From NCBI GenBank assembly GCA_965240325.2, contig OZ251225.1, positions 1,798,001-1,862,000 on the forward strand: a DNA stretch of 64,000 nucleotides, given 5' to 3'. Positions 57,388 through 64,000 of this stretch are shown one piece after another. Origin of the DNA: Rebecca billardiae RCC1528. Lineage: Eukaryota > Protista > Haptophyta. The notes under the pieces were generated by a model. It did no database searches. It was not told the DNA's origin and saw nothing but the letters and a program-made list of their open reading frames with translations. Every line of letters starts with the position of its first letter. The first letter of the stretch is position 1. The position numbers and the translations under genes are program-made.

Positions 57388-59382
57388 CTAACCCTGCCTA
57401 CGCCTTTGAGTCGTCGTCGTCTTATTACGCAGCAGGCCGGGGTTGATGAGCACCTCTGATGGCTGGAGCTGATGATGGCGAGAATTCTGCGCCGCCGATG
57501 TCTGCGGCTGTGCTGCCGCCGCCCGCCGGACCATGTTTTGCAAATGCTTGGTGGCCGCACTGGCGCCTGTTGTCGACGTGTTGGTCGCGACGACGCCTGG
57601 GTTCTGCCTGGCAGCCGCAGCAGCTGAGGCGGCCTCGCCGGCCTCGGTGGAGCGCACGAAGGGCTTGTCTGGCTGGGGCGGCTGGCTCAGCGCCCCAGGA
57701 AAGCTGTCGAGCTGCAGCTCAGCGCCGCCGCGAGCCCCCGCGCCCGAGCCGGAGGCCTCCGCCGAGCTGGAATTCGGCTGGCAGCAGCTGCCCTGCGCTC
57801 CCGCGCCTGCTGGAAGCCCTGCGTAGGCAACAGCAGCAGCCGGCATTGAGGCAGCCCCTCCTGCCCCGGTGCCGAGCTGCAAGGGGACGTATGCGGCGGT
57901 TGCACCAAACGGGTCTGCGCACTGACCCATCAACGCGTTGACCACGCCGAGCGCAGCGCCAGGATGCGCGCCGTACGCCGCGCGCACCGGCGACCAGTAC
58001 GCTGCCGTGCCGCCGCCGCCACAGCCGGCCGCGCTCACCGCGGCAGTAGGCGCCAGTGCTGGCCCAGGCAAAGGCCCCTCCGGCAAGACGCCTGGAGGCG
58101 CCACTGGGCCAAGCTGCTCCGCAGGCGCGTGCCCCGAGAGCCCTCGCTGCGTGGGCTGCAGCAGCAGAGCGGCCGAGCGCTCGAGTGCGTGCTGCAGAGA
58201 GCGCGCGCCGTGCTCGAGGCTGGTCAAATGGCCCTCTCGCGCGTGCGCACTGCGCTCCAGGGAATAAAGCCGCTGCCGGAGGTCTGAGACCTCCGCGTGC
58301 TCGAGCGTGCGCAGCTGCGAGAGTGACGCAAGGCCCTGCTGCGCGCCGAGCAGCTCCGCACTCATGCGCTGCACGTGCTCGGCGATCGCGTGCGCGCGCG
58401 ACTCCTCGGCGGAGAGGGCGGTGGACAGCGCCAGCTGGGCATCGCGGGCTGCCGCCTCTGCAGCCGCGAGGCGTTTCCCGAGGACGGTGTTCACCTCGCC
58501 GAGCTGCTCGGCGTTGGCGATAGCACCGGCGCGTGCATCATGCGCGGCGTGCAGCTGCGAGGCAGCCGCTGCCTGCTCGGAGCGCGCGTGCTCGATCGCC
58601 GCCCGCAGCGCGTGCTCCAAGGCGCGCCCCTGCTGCCGCGCCGCATGCGAGTCCGCGCGGAGCGTGTCCACCTGCGCGCGGCTGTGCCGCTCGCTCTCCG
58701 TGAGCCGCGCGTGGGCCTGCGCGAGCCCTGCACGTTCAGTGCGCAGGCCCTGCGCCTCCTCCTTCGCCGCCGCCAGCTCGCGCTCGAGCTGGCCCGAGTG
58801 TTCGCGCAGAGCGGCAAGCTTGCGCTCGGCCGAGTCACGCTGCTGCCGGGCTGCGTCAGCCTCGTCGCGGGCGGCCGTGAGCTCGTCGAGGAGCGCAGAG
58901 GACTCGTCAAGCGCCACGCGAAGTTGCTCTTGAGTCGCCTCTAGCTCGTTACGGGTCTGTCTCAGGGCAGCCTGCGCTCGGCTCGTCTGCTCCGACAGGC
59001 GTGCAAGCTGCGTGCGCGACTCCTCAGTGACGCGCTGCGCATGCTCGGCGCTCAGCTCCTTTGTCGAGCCCATCTGCGCAGCCATGGCGTCGAGCTGGTG
59101 CTGATACGCCTTTGCATCTGAAACGCGAGCGTCAAGGCAGGCGCGCAGGTGCGCCACCTGCCCGTGCAGCGTTGCAATCTGCGCGTCGCGTTCTGCGAGC
59201 ACATCTGCAATTGTGCCGCCGTTCTGGGGCGCTGCGATACCCGGGGGTGCCGCTCCGATGCGCCTTTGTGAGCTTCCTAGCTTGTTCAGAGGCGATGGAG
59301 TCAGAGCCGCGCTATTGCCGGCGCGGGGCGGCGGTGCGTCTCGCGCTGGCGCGCCGCGCACAGCCGGCAAGCGATCCCCCAT
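57388..59382 (-). CDS. Hypothetical long coiled-coil protein
   Basis: 664-aa ORF with about 340 aa of A/E/Q/R/L heptad sequence. Confidence 0.7.
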   Translation of the reverse strand: MGDRLPAVRGAPARDAPPPRAGNSAALTPSPLNKLGSSQRRIGAAPPGIAAPQNGGTIADVLAERDAQIATLHGQVAHLRACLDARVSDAKAYQHQLDAMAAQMGSTKELSAEHAQRVTEESRTQLARLSEQTSRAQAALRQTRNELEATQEQLRVALDESSALLDELTAARDEADAARQQRDSAERKLAALREHSGQLERELAAAKEEAQGLRTERAGLAQAHARLTESERHSRAQVDTLRADSHAARQQGRALEHALRAAIEHARSEQAAAASQLHAAHDARAGAIANAEQLGEVNTVLGKRLAAAEAAARDAQLALSTALSAEESRAHAIAEHVQRMSAELLGAQQGLASLSQLRTLEHAEVSDLRQRLYSLERSAHAREGHLTSLEHGARSLQHALERSAALLLQPTQRGLSGHAPAEQLGPVAPPGVLPEGPLPGPALAPTAAVSAAGCGGGGTAAYWSPVRAAYGAHPGAALGVVNALMGQCADPFGATAAYVPLQLGTGAGGAASMPAAAVAYAGLPAGAGAQGSCCQPNSSSAEASGSGAGARGGAELQLDSFPGALSQPPQPDKPFVRSTEAGEAASAAAAARQNPGVVATNTSTTGASAATKHLQNMVRRAAAAQPQTSAAQNSRHHQLQPSEVLINPGLLRNKTTTTQRRRQG

Positions 59383-59591
59383 CGGTGGGAGCCGCCGGCC
59401 ACGCAGTCGCGCTGCATGACCTGATCAAAGGAATCCGAAAGGGGGGGCTTTGCGTAACAGTCTTCAAGTCGTGGCGCCCGGCCGCGCGGGGCGGCCCCGC
59501 GCCGGCCGATACGTACCATGGAAATTGTCAAATTGATGACCGTGCGGATTTTGTACGTAAATCGTCACCGGGGCAACTTCCGGGCATCAGC

Positions 59592-60239
59592 ATGTCCGCT
59601 CAGCAGACCGAGCTGGCACCCCTCGTCATCCAGTGCGAGAGGTGCCGCACTATCATTGGCGACTCGTGGTCGCTGGTGTGTGCACCCGAGCACCTCGATG
59701 CATGCGTGCTGAGCGCCGTGCAGCTCGTCGACCTCGAGCCGCCGAAGCAGCCTGGCGGCGCACAGTCTATTCTTTGCGCGCAGTGCAAAGCACCACTCGG
59801 CGAGGTGCCCTCGTCGCGCCCAGAGCCAGAACTGAATGGGCAATATGTGCTCAACCGCACGGCAATCAAGAGTTATATGCTAGGCTCCGCCGAGCAGATG
59901 GCCGCGACCTCGTTGGCAGCGGATACGAACGAGGTCACCGGCGCGGGCGCGGATGGCGGGAACTTGAGCACGGCTGCGGTCACGGGATCGGCCACAAACG
60001 GGGCACTCGATGTGCTCTCGTCTGAGGTGCAGCGCGCGCATGCGTACATCCTGAAGCTACAGCAAATGATTATCGTGCACAACCGCCAGCTACAGGAGCT
60101 GTCGCAGAAGCTCGAGGACATGCGCAGCAATGGCCTAGGTGCCGAAGCGCCGACCGGGGCTGGCGCCCAGGCCGCGACTGCGAGCCGAGCAGCAAATGCG
60201 CACGCGCTCCCCGCTAAGCGCGGGCGCCGGGGGACCTAG
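59592..60239 (+). CDS. MIS18: Mis18 (Yippee-like Zn-binding domain plus C-terminal helix)
   Basis: PLVIQCERCRTIIGDS, LCAQCKAPLG, IKSYMLGS, C-terminal amphipathic helix and basic NLS-like PAKRGRR. Confidence 0.8.
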   Translation: MSAQQTELAPLVIQCERCRTIIGDSWSLVCAPEHLDACVLSAVQLVDLEPPKQPGGAQSILCAQCKAPLGEVPSSRPEPELNGQYVLNRTAIKSYMLGSAEQMAATSLAADTNEVTGAGADGGNLSTAAVTGSATNGALDVLSSEVQRAHAYILKLQQMIIVHNRQLQELSQKLEDMRSNGLGAEAPTGAGAQAATASRAANAHALPAKRGRRGT

Positions 60240-60441
60240 GGCGCGGCGACGCAGTGGACGACTGCACACCACTCTGGGCTGTTGGCCCACCGCGAGTGTC
60301 ACCATGCATGAAACAATCGAGTATACCCGGAGCCACCACCTCCAGGCCGCCGTCGACCGGGGTCACACAAACATATCTGCGCCTCGTCGGCCGCGGCGCC
60401 GCGGCGGAGGCTCGCACAGCGTGTCCGCCGCCTTGCTTGTA

Positions 60442-60590
60442 CAGTTTGTAACTAAGATAAGAGACGCACGTAGGGCTGGAGGCTTCGGCCGCCAGCCTGA
60501 TCACCCGGAGCCCGTTATAAAGGGGAATTTAAAACAGCTCAGGCAGGCGAGATAGTAGGTTACTGTGTTACAAATCTCGCTAGTAAACTG
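60442..60590 (+). mobile_element. Family B copy 5 with both CAGTTT/AAACTG ends, TA flanks and a 64-bp insert at 60470-60533
   Basis: TA|CAGTTTGTAACTAAG-ATAAGAGACGCAC[64 bp]ACAGCTCAGGCAGGCGAG...TAGTAAACTG|TA. Confidence 0.7.
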
Positions 60591-60609
60591 TACCGAGGGC
60601 CCTTGACCG

Positions 60610-60639
60610 TACAGTACTGTACATACTGTATGTACTGTA
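60610..60639. other. Probable stacked Tc1/mariner excision footprints
   Basis: TA-CAG-TA-CTG-TA-CA-TA-CTG-TA-TG-TA-CTG-TA. Confidence 0.65.
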
Positions 60640-60734
60640 CGTTGTCGCCGCCACTCGACCAGTGGGACTGGGCTGGGCATCTGCCGCGCCAAGCTCGTCA
60701 ACGGCCAGGGGGTGCTCGTCGCGTGCTTGCCAGC

Positions 60735-61253
60735 ATGGCAGAGCTCAAGCAGCTGAAGGTGAAGGCCGGTGTGGTCAGAAGGTGTGTCATGGGCTGCCAC
60801 GTGTGCGCCCAGGGCTTCGCTCCCCTGAGCGTCCCGCACGATCCCCCCTCCTGCGATCCCGCGCGCCTGCGAGCAGGGTACTGAAGGACCTCGACTACAC
60901 GAAGAAGGAGACGGCTGCGCAGGCGGCCAAGGTGGAGAGTATGAAGGCCAATCAGGCGGATATTCACGATATCAGGAAGCAGGTGCGTGCCCTTTCGCGT
61001 CACCCGCATCGCTACAGCGACTGCGTCTGTGACCTGCCCCCCACCGACCGCGCGCGACCTGCAGGAAGAGGTGCTCGCGGAGTGCGCATCGCATCGGCCA
61101 CTGGACGAGGACAGGCTCGAAGCAGCCATCGAGGATCTCACCCGGCTAGTCAACCAATGCCGTGACAGTCCCGACTTCGATGACCTGAAGGAGACGGAGG
61201 AGTTCAAGGCGGCCGAACTCCTGCTTGAGGAGTCGCCTACAACCTCCACATGA
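60735..61253 (+). CDS. TBCA: Tubulin-specific chaperone A, 113 aa; exons 60735-60781, 60877-60982, 61065-61253
   Basis: Spliced product LKQLKVKAGVVRRVLKD..DIRKQEEVLAE..RLEAAIEDL..EEFKAA matches cofactor A. Both GT-AG introns are phase-consistent. Confidence 0.9.
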
Positions 61254-61327
61254 TTCGTGATCTGGAGTCGTAGGTGCTCTTCCCACGAATGGTACTACCT
61301 GATACTCCTGGTCTGGAAGCGGCTCAG

Positions 61328-62449
61328 GCAGCCGTCCAGCCCATGGGTATCGGTTGTCGACGGCGGCCACATTTCTACTCAATAGAAGCTCCAGCAGCGA
61401 TGATGAGGCGTACGACATGCCTGCAGGTGACTGCTGGCGGCGTCACTCAGCAGCTGGTGCGGCAGTGGCATCGTCGGAAGAGGTGTTCATGGCAGTGCTC
61501 TGAAACTGCAGCCTGATCTTCTTCGATTGGCACCTGGGCCGCCAGGCCGGCGGCGACGTCGCATGTCGCAGCTGAGGACGAGTCACGCGGTGCGCAGGCT
61601 GAGGCGCGGCCCGGGGCGCCGCGGGCGATACCTGCTCAGCAAGTCAGAACTGCTGGCTGGACCACTGGCTGGTTTCTGAATTCCGTAGTGTCGTCAAAGT
61701 GATGACAATAAAGTCGTCAAGCTCCGAGTGCACTCAGCACTGCGGGTCTGCGCGGCTCCGGTGAGTCGACCGTGTCCGTGCCCGTGGACGAGAGTGGTCG
61801 TGATGGACAGACTGATCTGATGGTCATAGATATAGCACGGATATATATATATATATCTAGATATAGATATATATAGACAGTCCAAGCGCAGCCGTCCAGC
61901 CCATGGGTATCGGTTGTCGACGGCGGCCACATTTCTACTCAATAGAAGCTCCAGCAGCGATGATGAGGCGTACGACATGCCTGCAGGTGACTGCTGGCGG
62001 CGTCACTCAGCAGCTGGTGCGGCAGTGGCATCGTCGGAAGAGGTGTTCATGGCAGTGCTCTGAAACTGCAGCCTGATCTTCTTCGATTGGCACCTGGGCC
62101 GCCAGGCCGGCGGCGACGTCGCATGTCGCAGCTGAGGACGAGTCACGCGGTGCGCAGGCTGAGGCGCGGCCCGGGGCGCCGCGGGCGATACCTGCTCAGC
62201 AAGTCAGAACTGCTGGCTGGACCACTGGCTGGTTTCTGAATTCCGTAGTGTCGTCAAAGTGATGACAATAAAGTCGTCAAGCTCCGAGTGCACTCAGCAC
62301 TGCGGGTCTGCGCGGCTCCGGTGAGTCGACCGTGTCCGTGCCCGTGGACGAGAGTGGTCGTGATGGACAGACTGATCTGATGGTCATAGATATAGCACGG
62401 ATATATATATATATATATCTAGATATAGATATATATAGACAGTCCAAGC
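61328..62449. repeat. Tandem duplication of a 560-bp non-coding unit
   Basis: 61328-61887 and 61888-62449 appear identical except for one extra AT unit. Confidence 0.95.
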
Positions 62450-62662
62450 CATCGTCTGTCGTCAAATAATATATATTATTATTATATATAGCGTAGTTAG
62501 ACGACTTATGATTCACTGGTAACTCCGAAGAAGATTCGTCGAAGAACTTAGCTGCGCGGGTGCAGTGCACTCTGACCGCGCGTGTGCGGTGTGGGCGATA
62601 GGTCCACCGGAAGCGACCACTGGTGCGGGGCTAAGGAGTTACTAAGGACCGCCCCAGAGGGC

Positions 62663-62958
62663 GGCAATCGCGGGCAATAAGGAGCTGTCACGTTAAGAAA
62701 CTGGGGATTGCTATCTGCGGATCTGGCCTAGAAACCGAGACTAGCGATTGGCTGGTTCGCTATACGCATAGTCACACTAAGAAACCGGGACTACGTCGTC
62801 CCGGCTGACGAGTGGTCCGCCGAGGGCGAGGCGCAGTCGGCCCGTCCGGGGGACGCGGCGCGCGGCCCGACTACGAGTACAGGCCAAGTCCCGACTTCTC
62901 CTGATGACTGACTCCTGGCCAGTGCGCCGCAGCATCCATGCAACATCATGCCAGATTT
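62663..62958 (+). mobile_element. MITE-B partial copy (left ~300 bp)
   Basis: Matches 46272-46577; lacks the terminal CA and has no right TIR in the window. Confidence 0.85.
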
Positions 62959-63147
62959 ACACCTCACAATGCTACGAACTTCCGAGTTTTTGAGAATTTC
63001 TCAAAGAAGCGCAGATCCAAGGTGATCACAACAGATCGTGCGAGATTGCGTGCAGCAGCCAATGAACAAACTCAGGCAGTGCTCGTAAGGACTAATGACA
63101 ACTTAATGCTCATTAAAAAACGCAGAATTCTCACAAGAAAAACTAAA

Positions 63148-63284
63148 GCTGTAATCCACACAGTCTTCGCGCCACCGCTTCTTCTTAATCACAATAAGCA
63201 ACATCTATGCACAACTTAGCTGTAATTCACACGATCTTCGCGCCATGGCTTCTTCCTATTCACAATATGCAACATGTATGCACA
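63148..63284. repeat. Diverged ~71-bp tandem pair in low-GC DNA
   Basis: AGCTGTAAT.CACAC..TCTTCGCGCCA..GCTTCTTC.TA.TCACAATA.GCAACAT.TATGCACA occurs twice. Confidence 0.8.
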
Positions 63285-64000
63285 TTCGAAACCAACACAT
63301 ATAATATCAATACGACTCAACAAACAGGGACGCTGGGGCTGCACAGATATTGTAACTGGTAGAGAGAGAATCTAAGCAATCAGCAGCCTTGTAACGCATG
63401 AAGCTAAACGGGTGTTATCATACAACGTCCGAACACTTAGCAGTTAACTACAATAATTCACCGCCATATCAGCAGTATCATACCTGGCGGAACAACACGC
63501 TCCTCGCGAATCTTCCGAAGGTCCACTCGTTAATGACAGATTCACGAATCACGTGAACCCTCTCGCCCTCATCAAACCATTCACCATACTGTAAACCGAT
63601 TCACAGCTACACTTCACAACTTTTTAAATTCCCCTTTGGCCAGCCCCCAACCAACCACCACCCTCACCCAACCTCAAACCACTGACCCATTCTATGATTT
63701 AACGACACAGGTAGGACGACGCGGGTCTCCTGATTCGTCGGCGGCAGTGCCCGATCGTTGACCGATACACCAACTAACGCTGAAGAACAGGTTCGGTAGG
63801 CCACGCACCCAGTCGCCCGATGCAGGCAAGGCCGGGTGGTCCAGACACGCCGCGGAGATAACCTGCGATCATGCACGAAGACGTGTGCATCACGGCGCCG
63901 AACGCCGGGCGAAGGGGAGCAGCACAACCGGCTCTCTCGATCGGCGCACCACGGGCGCAAGGCTCGTCAGAGCCAACGCCGCCACCGTCGACCCATCAAT

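Noticed and set aside
63409-63447. RVLSYNVRTL resembling a LINE endonuclease start
   Set aside because: A stop follows immediately, and no downstream QE or GDFN motifs are present.

Overview
This is a very GC-rich, gene-dense eukaryotic segment with short (about 80-140 bp) GT-AG introns. It looks like a flagellated microalga or protist; a haptophyte such as a pavlovophyte is my guess and cannot be shown from the sequence. The window opens in two satellite arrays and an AT-rich island (1-2.8 kb). The dominant feature is a giant minus-strand gene, 31243->7469, modelled as 4 exons and about 7796 aa. It encodes a signal peptide, a ~4400-residue almost pure (Ser-Pro-Pro-Pro)n rod, nine novel-looking ~105-aa Cys-containing beta repeats, about five IPT/TIG domains, a REJ module, EGF, a GAIN/GPS autoproteolysis site (HL/T) and a polycystin-1-type five-helix membrane module, with no PLAT or channel domain. 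Other genes: GT77-type glycosyltransferase, TatD, MFS transporter, STPG/SHIPPO-repeat flagellar protein, two tandem hybrid histidine kinases that differ mainly in the sensor region, organellar rpS16, DDX42-like helicase, Sulfotransfer_2 enzyme, a coiled-coil protein, Mis18 and TBCA. Intergenic DNA is crowded with small DNA-transposon relics: three TA-target MITE families, a CAAGGG-ended foldback element with a nested MITE, an invariant 31-bp dispersed motif often near gene starts (one copy split by a 64-bp hairpin insert), and six stacked Tc1/mariner-type excision footprints. All family assignments come from motif recognition by eye; no searches were run.
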